Assembly: GCA_040767085.1 (NCBI GenBank)
Contig: JAXGPF010000009.1
Location: 2,307 to 66,306 of the forward strand
Source: Kiritimatiellia bacterium
GTDB taxonomy: Bacteria > Verrucomicrobiota > Kiritimatiellia > JAAZAB01
Direction of reading: 5' to 3'
DNA: 64,000 nucleotides
Shown: piece after piece, positions 56,002 through 64,000 of the stretch
Layout: every line of letters begins with the position of its first letter
How positions within the stretch are numbered: position 1 is the stretch's first letter
The notes under the pieces: model-generated
Database searches by the model: none
Seen by the model: only the letters and a program-made list of their open reading frames with translations
Told to the model about the DNA's origin: nothing
Translations under genes and position numbers: made by a program

Positions 56002-57117
56002 TCAGTTTTTGGACATATCGGCCAAACACAAGCCGTTTTCCCGCATCCACCGGCCGACGGCATGAAACCTTTCCGGCGCCACCGCTATGCCGTCCGCAAA
56101 CGGGCACAGAACAAAATTCGCCTGCCTGATCCGGGGGGTCAGCAAACGGTCCAGGGCAGCCGGAATTTCATCGAGGCGGCCGGCGGCAAAGATCGTGGGA
56201 TCAAGGCATCCGAGGATGATCAAATCTTCTCCCAGCACATCCAGGGCGTCAGCCCAGGGCGTATTCCCGGTGGGCGGCGGAGTCAGGGCATGGATGCCGT
56301 CGCAACCGGTTTCCTTGATCAGGTCCAGGATGCCGTGCACATGCCCGCACATGTGCAGCAGGGCGGTTTTGCCGTTGGCCTTCACCGCGTCCACGAAATC
56401 ACGCTGGTGCGGCATATTGTACCGGCGGTAGACTTCCGGACTGATGTAATACGTGCTGGTGTTTTCGGCCAGCATCACGGAATCGCAGGGCGTACGGGCC
56501 AGGATGTCAAAGGCCTGCCGCTCGCGCTGATGGATGGCCTGGATCAACCCATGGACTTCCGCTGGATGATCGGCCTGCAGGTAATAAAAATTCTCCGTCC
56601 CCATGTCCAGTTCCAGCAGGCGCGGAATGGTGGAAGGTCCCCAGAAACGGGTAACCACGCCGTGTTCCCCGATTAAAGCGTTTAACGCCGCCAGGGCGGC
56701 GGAATCGTCATGCGCCGTGAATGTCGCGCCTTCCCACATGTCCCGGTAAATCAGCACCGCCTCCAGGGAATCCACCGGGAATTTGACGGGATGCGCGCCA
56801 TCCTGAATCCCGGTCAGCGCACCCCGGGGTGTCTGCCAGCGGGTGGTCTTCCGGGAGCCTTCGCGTTCATGGCGGATTTCCACGAAATCCGGCCATCGCA
56901 GCGACGGCGATCGGAACGCGTAAGGAGTATTCCAGCCATCCAGCATGAAAATATCGCAGCCGATGTGCTTGTAAAAATCAATGCCGCCGTGGCCGCGCTG
57001 CTCGGCTGGCAGCAAGGCCAGCGTGGCATCGTCCACGAGCGTGGTCCAGGACAAGCGGTCTTTGGGCTGCTTGCGCAACACGGCTTCCAGGCGTTCACGT
57101 CCGGTCATACTTGGCAT
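56002..57117 (-). CDS. uroporphyrinogen decarboxylase (URO-D)-family protein (methyltransferase MtaA/CmuA-like)
   Basis: 371-aa ORF with overall URO-D/MtaA-like TIM-barrel pattern (e.g. LLHMCGHVHGILDLIKETGCDGIH). Confidence 0.5.
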   Translation of the reverse strand: MPSMTGRERLEAVLRKQPKDRLSWTTLVDDATLALLPAEQRGHGGIDFYKHIGCDIFMLDGWNTPYAFRSPSLRWPDFVEIRHEREGSRKTTRWQTPRGALTGIQDGAHPVKFPVDSLEAVLIYRDMWEGATFTAHDDSAALAALNALIGEHGVVTRFWGPSTIPRLLELDMGTENFYYLQADHPAEVHGLIQAIHQRERQAFDILARTPCDSVMLAENTSTYYISPEVYRRYNMPHQRDFVDAVKANGKTALLHMCGHVHGILDLIKETGCDGIHALTPPPTGNTPWADALDVLGEDLIILGCLDPTIFAAGRLDEIPAALDRLLTPRIRQANFVLCPFADGIAVAPERFHAVGRWMRENGLCLADMSKN

Positions 57118-57278
57118 ACCTCCATTGTATTGTTACGGTGCAGGATATCGCCGACGCTGTCCAGGATGTGATTCGGGCGGTCGGCGAAACGCGCCAGGCT
57201 CGACCGGCTGGTCACGCCGGTCAGCACGAGCACGGTCTCAATTTCAGCTTCAAAGCCGGCGACGATGTCGGTATCCAT
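57105..57278 (-). pseudogene. C-terminal fragment of a HAD-IIA (NagD-like) hydrolase gene (remnant)
   Basis: 57-codon ORF translating to MDTDIVAGFEAEIETVLVLTGVTSRSSLARFADRPNHILDSVGDI..., which aligns with the NagD-family C-terminus (GDNLRTDILAGFQAGLETILVLSGVS...). No N-terminal HAD motifs (DxDG) are present upstream. It lies in the same frame just after the lpxA-paralog stop. Confidence 0.35.
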
Positions 57279-57293
57279 TCGGCCACCGTAAAT

Positions 57294-58112
57294 TCAGGTT
57301 TCAGCCCCGGCATCCCCACCGGCATCGCCGCGCCCATGGCCGTGGCGGCAGATGCCGCGCTTGGAAGCCTCCACGAAATCCGCCAGTTCGCCGGCCGGGC
57401 CGGCGGGACACTCGCCGCGGATGGCCGCTGCCGCCTGGCTGAAATTCATATCGGAAAGGTAGAGCATCCGGAAGGCGCGTTTGAGCGCCAGGCGGTCCGC
57501 CGGCGGCATGCCGGCGCGGCGCAAGCCGACGATATTCAACCCGGCCACCTGGTTGAGGTGCAGGCTGGCCACCGTGCAGAATGGCGGCACATCCTTGCTG
57601 ACGCCGCTGCCGCCGCCAAGCATCGCCAGGCGTCCCACGCGGACGAATTGATGCACCATGCAATTGCCGCTGAGAAACGCGCCGGCGCCGATTTCAGCGT
57701 AGCCGCCCAGCAGCACGCCGTTGGCGAGGATGACGCGGTCGCCCAGCCGCGAATTATGGCCGACATGGCTGTTGGCCATCAGAAAACACCCGGCGCCAAT
57801 TTCAGTCGCGGTGCCGGGCTTGGTGCCGCGGTGCACCGTCACCCCTTCGCGGAGGACGCAGGCGCCGCCGATCCGGACGTAACTTTCACGGCCGTCGAAG
57901 GCCTTATCCTGCGGCAGGTCGCCCAGCACGGCATGGGCATGCACGCGGCAGCCGGCGCCCAGGGTAGTGTGCCGCAAAATCGCCGCATGCGGGCCGATGA
58001 CACAGCGGTCGCCGATCACCGCGCCGGCTTCGACAACCGCCAGCGGGCCGACCGTCACCTCGGCGCCTAATTCCGCCTGCGGACTGACCACTGCCGTGGG
58101 ATGAATGCTCAT
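57294..58112 (-). CDS. second LpxA-family acyltransferase paralog
   Basis: MSIHPTAVVSPQAEL hexapeptide-repeat beta-helix. MANSHVGHN catalytic region. LpxA-like C-terminal helices (ADFVEASKRGI) followed by an atypical ~18-aa Gly/Asp-rich tail. Confidence 0.7.
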   Translation of the reverse strand: MSIHPTAVVSPQAELGAEVTVGPLAVVEAGAVIGDRCVIGPHAAILRHTTLGAGCRVHAHAVLGDLPQDKAFDGRESYVRIGGACVLREGVTVHRGTKPGTATEIGAGCFLMANSHVGHNSRLGDRVILANGVLLGGYAEIGAGAFLSGNCMVHQFVRVGRLAMLGGGSGVSKDVPPFCTVASLHLNQVAGLNIVGLRRAGMPPADRLALKRAFRMLYLSDMNFSQAAAAIRGECPAGPAGELADFVEASKRGICRHGHGRGDAGGDAGAET

Positions 58113-58195
58113 ACATGTCCTTGTATTTCATTTCCGCTCCGGCATGGAGCGCGCGGGAATCATATGCGCCCGGGACGCCAAAATCAAAATTATTT

Positions 58196-58945
58196 TCACG
58201 TAAAATCCACCAGGCCCTTTTCGCGGACGCTGACGAAGTCCCGCTCGGCGCCGCCGGCGCGCCCCAGCACCACGTGGTCGAGCACACGGATGGAGATGAT
58301 TTTGCCGGCATCGATCAACTGGCGGGTGATGTGCAAATCTTCCGCGGAAGGCGTCGGATCGCCGGAGGGATGGTTATGGGCCAGGACCACGGCGGCGCTG
58401 GCGGCCTGGATGGCGGCGCGGAAGACTTCGCGCGGATGCACCAGGCTGGCGTTCAGCAAGCCGCGGCTGACGGGTATCGGCCGCCCCTGCAGGCGGTTCT
58501 TGGTGTTCAGCAGCAAAACCCAGAAAGTTTCGCCCTTCAGCACCCGCGCATCTTCGCGGAGCGCCGCCGCCACGTCGGCGGGGGTGCGGATGGCCGGCGC
58601 CTCTTCGAGTTTCTCGTCCGCCAGCCGCCGCCCCAGTTCCAGCGCCGCCTTCAACACCTGAGCCTTGACCGGCCCGAGGCCCGGCCCCCGCAATTCCCGT
58701 TCCGATGCCGCCGCCAGTTCCGAAAGCGAACCATAGCGCCGCAGCAGACGCCGGGCGAGTTCCAGCACATTCAACCCGCGCGTGCCGCTGCGGAGGATGA
58801 TGGCCAGCAGGACGTCGTCTTCCACGGAATCCACGCCGAAACGCTCCAGCAATTCGCGCGGGCGCTGGCAAGCCGGCAAATCGCGCAGGCGGTAAACAAC
58901 ATCCTCCGGCGGGGATGGCGCATCAGGCTGAGTGGTCTTTTTCAT
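58196..58945 (-). CDS. radC: RadC-family JAB/MPN domain protein
   Basis: HhH N-terminal region and JAMM motif (VLAHNHPSGDPTPSAEDLHITRQL). Confidence 0.8.
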   Translation of the reverse strand: MKKTTQPDAPSPPEDVVYRLRDLPACQRPRELLERFGVDSVEDDVLLAIILRSGTRGLNVLELARRLLRRYGSLSELAAASERELRGPGLGPVKAQVLKAALELGRRLADEKLEEAPAIRTPADVAAALREDARVLKGETFWVLLLNTKNRLQGRPIPVSRGLLNASLVHPREVFRAAIQAASAAVVLAHNHPSGDPTPSAEDLHITRQLIDAGKIISIRVLDHVVLGRAGGAERDFVSVREKGLVDFT

Positions 58946-59897
58946 AGGTTTCCACCTTGATGGCAACCGGCCCATGCCCTTCCCAGTATGCCTGCACCAG
59001 GACGGCGCGCTGCGCTACCGGCAGCTTGCGGTCGATTTCGATCCAATCCACGCGCAGCTTGTGACGGAACCAGGTCATCTGTTTCTTGGCCAGTTGACGG
59101 GTGCGCACGATCACGCGTTCCAGGGCTGCCGCCGCGGTGCAGTCGCCGCGCAAACATGCCATGGCCTCGGCATAGCCGATCGCCTGCCCGGCGGTTGGCG
59201 CTTCGGCCAGGCCGGCGGCCATCAAGCGGCGGGTTTCCTCCAGGAGGCCGGCGGCAAACATGGCCCGCGCGCGCTCCACGATTACCGCCTGCAACTGGTC
59301 CGGCGGCAGACGCAGTCCGGGGATGGACGGCGGCGACGCCGGCGGATTCGCGGCCGGTGCGGCCGGCGCGGCACGCGCGAGTTCGAACGCCCGCACCAGG
59401 CGCCGCGGATTGTCCGGATCCCGCAGGCGCGCCAAGTGGTCCGGAGCAAGTTCCCGCAGGCGCGCCGCGAGCGCCGCCGCGCCCCCGCCGCGCAGGATTT
59501 CCTCCGCCTCCGCCCGCCAGGCCGGATCGGGCGGCGGACGGCGTTCCAGTCCCTGCAACAGGCACTGGAGATACAATCCCGTGCCGCCGACCACGATCAG
59601 GGGTTGTCGGCGCGCCGCCGCGCGGCGGGCAGCCGCGCAGGCCGCGCGGTAATAAAGGCTGAGGTTGCACGGTTCGCCCGGTTCCGCCAGGTCCAGTCCG
59701 GCATAAGGCACTTCCGCGCGTTCCGCCGGCGTGGGCTTGGCGGTGCCGATATCCATCCCCCGGTACAGCAGCATGGAATCGGCCGACAGGATGGCAGCGC
59801 CCATGCGCCGCGCCAGCCAATGCGCCACGGCGGATTTGCCCGATGCCGTACAGCCGGTCAAGTAATATGCTCGGCACACCTTGGTTCCCCGTTGCAT
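58923..59897 (-). CDS. miaA: tRNA dimethylallyltransferase
   Basis: P-loop GCTASGKSAVA. ILSADSMLLYRGMDIGTAKPT. VGGTGLY. Confidence 0.8.
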   Translation of the reverse strand: MQRGTKVCRAYYLTGCTASGKSAVAHWLARRMGAAILSADSMLLYRGMDIGTAKPTPAERAEVPYAGLDLAEPGEPCNLSLYYRAACAAARRAAARRQPLIVVGGTGLYLQCLLQGLERRPPPDPAWRAEAEEILRGGGAAALAARLRELAPDHLARLRDPDNPRRLVRAFELARAAPAAPAANPPASPPSIPGLRLPPDQLQAVIVERARAMFAAGLLEETRRLMAAGLAEAPTAGQAIGYAEAMACLRGDCTAAAALERVIVRTRQLAKKQMTWFRHKLRVDWIEIDRKLPVAQRAVLVQAYWEGHGPVAIKVETYEKDHSA

Positions 59898-59932
59898 GCC
59901 AGCGGCTGGCGGCGGGCAAACGCCCGGCGGGA

Positions 59933-60400
59933 TCAACCTGCCGCCGGGGCCGGCGTCCGGCCGCCGCGCCAGGCCGAAATCAAATAGATCGCAACGCCCA
60001 GAAAAATGGCGGCATCCGCCAGGTTAAAGGTCGGCCAGTGGTGCCGGCGCCAGTAAAAATCGAGAAAATCCACCACCCAGCCCAGGCGGATACGGTCAAT
60101 CAGGTTGCCCAGAACGCCGCCGAGCATCAATCCCAACGCCAGCCGGTGCACGCCGCGCGCATCCACCAGCCAGCGGTAAAAAAAAGCGATTGCCGCCAGC
60201 GCCGCCAACGAGAAAAGCGTCAGCCAGACATTTTGATGCTGCAAGGTTCCCCACACCGCGCCGGTATTGCGGACATGTGTCAGGCTGAAAAAACCGGGCC
60301 AGAGGGCCACCGACTCTCCCAGCAGGAGGCGAGCCTGCACCAGGTGCTTGGTCCACTGATCCAAACCGGCCAACGCCAGGGCCAGCGCCAGGGTAATCAC
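59933..60400 (-). CDS. lspA: lipoprotein signal peptidase II
   Basis: Four TM helices with conserved NTGAVWG and FNLADAAI motifs. Confidence 0.8.
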   Translation of the reverse strand: MITLALALALAGLDQWTKHLVQARLLLGESVALWPGFFSLTHVRNTGAVWGTLQHQNVWLTLFSLAALAAIAFFYRWLVDARGVHRLALGLMLGGVLGNLIDRIRLGWVVDFLDFYWRRHHWPTFNLADAAIFLGVAIYLISAWRGGRTPAPAAG

Positions 60401-61017
60401 TCATCCTCCGCCGGCGGTTCCGTCTGAGTTTTGTCGCTGGCGGCATACATCGCCGAGACATCCGCCGCCCGCATGCGCTTGCGGTCCATCTCGGAACGGG
60501 ACTGGCAGGCGACGCACATGCGGGAATACGGCAGGACCATCATGCGGGATTTCTCGATGGCGCAGCCGCAGCTTTCGCACAAACCGTAAGAGCCGATGGC
60601 CAGACGGTTCAAGGCCTCGTCAATTTCAAAAACGATATCCTGGCCGGAACTGACGCGGGTCAGTGCGAAATCGCGGTCATAATTATCCGTGCCCTGTTCC
60701 TCCGAGCGGAAATTGATTTCCGCGTCATTCTGCGTACGGTTGAGATTGTCCGTCGCCAGGAAATTAATCTGGCCGGTGATCCGTTCCCGCAGCCGGAGCA
60801 GCGCTTCGCGCATTCCGCTGTAATCCGGCGCCTTCCGGCGCGGCTGGCCTGACGGGGCGGAGCGGGCCGCGGTTTTTTTGACGGCCGGGCCGGCTTTCTT
60901 CCTGGCGGCCGGGCCAGCTTTTTTCCTGGCGGCGGGCGCAAGTTTGGCGCGCGCCTTTTTCACCGCCGGCCGCGACGGTTTCGTCTTCGATTTATTCCGC
61001 ACATCTTTTTTTGCCAT
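60397..61017 (-). CDS. DksA/TraR-family C4 zinc-finger protein with Lys/Ala-rich (histone H1-like) N-terminal extension
   Basis: C-terminal CESCGCAI...CVAC zinc finger preceded by a DksA-like coiled coil. The N-terminal 60 aa are AKKA/KKAGPA repeats. Confidence 0.6.
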   Translation of the reverse strand: MAKKDVRNKSKTKPSRPAVKKARAKLAPAARKKAGPAARKKAGPAVKKTAARSAPSGQPRRKAPDYSGMREALLRLRERITGQINFLATDNLNRTQNDAEINFRSEEQGTDNYDRDFALTRVSSGQDIVFEIDEALNRLAIGSYGLCESCGCAIEKSRMMVLPYSRMCVACQSRSEMDRKRMRAADVSAMYAASDKTQTEPPAEDE

Positions 61018-61080
61018 GTCGCATTCCTTGCTAAATGTTATTTATATATTAACAAACCCGCGCCGGTAAAGCAACCGCAT

Positions 61081-64000
61081 TTAACGGCGGCCAACCGCCA
61101 CGCGAAACCGCCTCCCGCCGATTTCCTCCTCCGCCTCGGCGTCCGCCGCGCCCGCGGGGATGTCCGCCATTTCTGCCAGGGCCAACTCCGCCAGGCGCTC
61201 CCGCCAGGGCTGGGGCAGCGGGCCTTCCAGCACCAGCCGGATGCGGTCGCTGACGGCGTACCCGGCGCGTTTGCGCAGGTCCTGAATCAGGCGATTCAAC
61301 TCGTTCGCCAGCCCCTCTTCTTCCAGCGCGGGAGTCAGCCGGCGGTCTAACGCCACCAACACCCCGCGATCGGCCATTACCTCGGCGCCGTCGCGGCCGA
61401 CGTAATTGACCGCCACCTGGCTGCGTTCCAACGTCCATTCTTCCGCGCCGTCGAAGACGACGATCTTGTCACCCGACTCGCGCGCCTGGCCGGCCTTGGC
61501 GGCGCGGATGATGCGCTGGGTGGCGCGGCCCCACAGCGGACCGATACTCCGGGCATCGGGCGTCGCGCGCAATTCCGCCAATTCGGAATAATCGCGCAGG
61601 ATGACGATTTTTTTGACATTCAACTCGTGGGCGACAACTTCCCGCTGCGCCGGGGTCAGGCGCGCCAGCATGTCCGGCGGAGCCGCCACGGAAAGCGCAG
61701 CCAGCGGCTGGCGCACCCGGATACCGAGCTGCTGGCGCAGCGCCAGCCCCAGCGACACCACGAGGCGCGCCAGGCGCGTTTCCTCCACCAAAGCCGGGTT
61801 GGCATATGCATCCGGCACGGCGGGCCAGTCGGCCAGGTGCACGGACTCCTCGCCGGTCAAATTGCGGTAAATCACGTCCGTGAGGAAAGGCGCCGCGGGC
61901 GCCAGCAGCTTGGCGGTGGTGATCAGCACATAATACAGCGTGTCGTAGGCAGCACGCTTGCCGGGCGTCAGACCGCCGCCCCAGAAACGCTCCCGCGACT
62001 GGCGGACATACCAGTTGGTCAAATCATCCAGGAAGTCGAACAGCGGGGCCAGGGCGTGGTTGAGGTAAAAGCCACGGTAGGCTTCCGTTACCCTGCGCTC
62101 CGCGTCCTGGAGCACCGCCAGAATCCAGCGGTCCAGCGGATGATCGGGGCTGGGCGCGGCGGCGGGATTGCCGCGGTAACCGTCAATATTGGCGTAAGTG
62201 ACAAAGAACGAGTAAACATTCCACAGCGGCAGCAGCACCCGCCGCGCCTGTTCCGGCACGCCGGCGTCCTTGAAATTCATATCTTCCATGGCCACGGCGG
62301 GCGAGTTCAACAGGTAGAGCCGCAAGGCATCCGCGCCATGCCGGTCAATCAATTCCATCGGGTCGGTGAAATTTTTGCGCGACTTGGAAATCTTGGTTCC
62401 ATCCGCCGCCAGCAGCGTGCCGTGCACCAGGCATTGCTTGAAGGCGGCGCGCCCCAGCAGGGCTGCGGCCAGGACGTGCAGGTAATAAAACCAGCCGCGG
62501 ATTTGCCCCGGATACTCAATGATGAAATCGGCGGGGAAATGAGTTTCAAACCATTCCCGGTTTTCGAACGGATAATGACATTGCCCGTATGGCATCGCGC
62601 CGGATTCAAACCAGCAATCCAGCACTTCCGGCACCCGGTGCATCCGCCCGCCGCAGGCCGGACAGACAGGCACGACCTGGTCCAGGTGTTCCTTATGCAG
62701 GTCGCTGATCTCCCGGCCGGCGGCCGCCGCGATTTCCGCGCGCGATCCCATCACCAGCCGCCGGCCGCAGGCGTGATTATCGCAGATCCAGACCGGGATG
62801 GGCGTGCCCCAGTAACGCGAGCGCGAGATATTCCAATCTCGCGCGCCTTCCAGCCATTTGCCGAAACGGCCATGCTGAACGTGTTCGGGCACCCAGCGGA
62901 TTGTCTCGTTGAGACGCAGAAGCTCGGGCTTGATTTTTTCGACGGCAAAATACCAGGCATCCATCGCCCGGTAAATCAAAGGCGTGCGGCAGCGCCAGCA
63001 ATGCGGATAATTATGGTCCAGGGTGCGGTGCGCCAGCAGCAGGCGCCGTTCCTTGAGCGTCCGGATCACATCCCGGTTGCAATCGTGCACATTGCGGCCG
63101 GCGAAATCCGGGACTTCGTCCGTGAAACAGCCGCGGGCGTCCACGGGATTGCGCACGCCCACGCCGTGGCGCTTGCACAGCCAATAGTCCTCTTCGCCGA
63201 AGGCCGGCGCGCAATGCACAATCCCCACCCCGTCGGTCAGCGTCACGAAATCCGCCGGCAGGATGCGAAAGGCGCCCCGTTGGCCATCGGCCAGGAAGTA
63301 AGGGAAAAGCGGGGTATAACGCCGGCCGACCAGGTCCCGGCCGGCGAAGCGGGCGGCAATCCGTGGCGTGGCGCCGAAAATGCCGGACCACTGCGGCAGG
63401 AGGGCCTCGGCCATCACCAGCATCCGGCCGTCATGCTCGAAGGCCGCATACTGGTAGTCCGGCCCGACCGCCAGCGCCAGGTTGGACGGCAGGGTCCAGG
63501 GCGTGGTGGTCCAGGCCAGGTAGTAAGTCGGCAACCCTTCCAGATCATCCTCCGCCTTGAAAGCCACCAGAATTTCCGGGTCCTGGCGCGGCCGGGTGGA
63601 GTCGGATTCGCGGGTGTCGGAAATGGACAAGGCCGTTTCGCAGTGATAGCAATACGGTGTAACGCGGTAATCGCGGTAAATTAAGCCGCGGTCGTAAGCC
63701 TGCTTGAAGACCCACAGCACGGATTCCATGTAATCCGAATCCAGCGTGCGGTAGGCATGTTCGTAATCCACCCAGCGGCCGATCTTGCGGATATACTCCG
63801 CCCAGGCCGTATTGCAATCGGCCACCAGGCGCCGGCAGGCATCGTTAAACGCGGCCACGCCGTAGCGGGATTCAATTTCCGTCTTATCGCGGATGCCAAG
63901 CTGTTTTTCGACGGCGTTTTCAATGGGCAGCCCGTGGCAATCCCACCCCCAGCGCCGCGGCACCGACCAGCCGGCCATCGTGAAAAAGCGCGCCATTGCA
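61081..64000 (-). CDS. ileS: isoleucine--tRNA ligase (5'-truncated by window edge)
   Basis: WGWDCHGLPIE. KMSKS variant KISKSRKNF. Editing and anticodon-binding domains. The HIGH region and N-terminus lie beyond position 64000. Confidence 0.85.
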   Translation of the reverse strand, partial: AMARFFTMAGWSVPRRWGWDCHGLPIENAVEKQLGIRDKTEIESRYGVAAFNDACRRLVADCNTAWAEYIRKIGRWVDYEHAYRTLDSDYMESVLWVFKQAYDRGLIYRDYRVTPYCYHCETALSISDTRESDSTRPRQDPEILVAFKAEDDLEGLPTYYLAWTTTPWTLPSNLALAVGPDYQYAAFEHDGRMLVMAEALLPQWSGIFGATPRIAARFAGRDLVGRRYTPLFPYFLADGQRGAFRILPADFVTLTDGVGIVHCAPAFGEEDYWLCKRHGVGVRNPVDARGCFTDEVPDFAGRNVHDCNRDVIRTLKERRLLLAHRTLDHNYPHCWRCRTPLIYRAMDAWYFAVEKIKPELLRLNETIRWVPEHVQHGRFGKWLEGARDWNISRSRYWGTPIPVWICDNHACGRRLVMGSRAEIAAAAGREISDLHKEHLDQVVPVCPACGGRMHRVPEVLDCWFESGAMPYGQCHYPFENREWFETHFPADFIIEYPGQIRGWFYYLHVLAAALLGRAAFKQCLVHGTLLAADGTKISKSRKNFTDPMELIDRHGADALRLYLLNSPAVAMEDMNFKDAGVPEQARRVLLPLWNVYSFFVTYANIDGYRGNPAAAPSPDHPLDRWILAVLQDAERRVTEAYRGFYLNHALAPLFDFLDDLTNWYVRQSRERFWGGGLTPGKRAAYDTLYYVLITTAKLLAPAAPFLTDVIYRNLTGEESVHLADWPAVPDAYANPALVEETRLARLVVSLGLALRQQLGIRVRQPLAALSVAAPPDMLARLTPAQREVVAHELNVKKIVILRDYSELAELRATPDARSIGPLWGRATQRIIRAAKAGQARESGDKIVVFDGAEEWTLERSQVAVNYVGRDGAEVMADRGVLVALDRRLTPALEEEGLANELNRLIQDLRKRAGYAVSDRIRLVLEGPLPQPWRERLAELALAEMADIPAGAADAEAEEEIGGRRFRVAVGRR

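Noticed and set aside
61627-63684. 685-aa plus-strand ORF
   Set aside because: Antisense to ileS (KMSKS and WGWDCHGLP motifs on the minus strand).

Overview
High-GC (about 65%) bacterial chromosomal window, densely coding and mostly housekeeping. The largest co-directional block is on the minus strand: fabZ-lpxA-secretin-pssA-UDG-murG-murC/murB(fused)-ddl-ftsQ-ftsA-ftsZ, followed by GT2, SDR and folB. Other recognisable genes are ruvA/ruvC/yebC, argH, ispA-like, rnc, xerC/D, purN, class I fumarase alpha/beta, miaA, radC, lspA, a partial ileS and tRNA-Ser(CGA). Less ordinary content: (i) [FeFe]-hydrogenase maturase genes hydF and hydE, separated by purN and a PAS sensor kinase, with an MFS-HEAT fusion gene immediately after hydE; (ii) a hybrid histidine kinase interrupted by an in-frame TAA; (iii) an EF-G paralog translationally coupled to a PflA/AmmeMemoRadiSam-like radical SAM enzyme; (iv) an accessory-looking cluster at 27-34.5 kb (GT39 ArnT-like glycosyltransferase, standalone MshEN/GspE-N domain protein, GspB-like and GspA-like proteins, His-rich TPR protein, ABC-2 exporter), with the only secretin 20 kb away inside the lpxA/pssA/dcw block; (v) two lpxA paralogs, the second abutting a HAD-IIA gene remnant; (vi) a lower-GC corA with a palindromic leader; (vii) CGGAAYAAG-containing tandem repeats upstream of tRNA-Ser. 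Family assignments come from reading the translated ORFs for conserved motifs and have not been checked against any database. In one place (about 51290-51352) the ORF-track frame and my reading of the sequence text disagree by one base, so coordinates there follow the ORF track.
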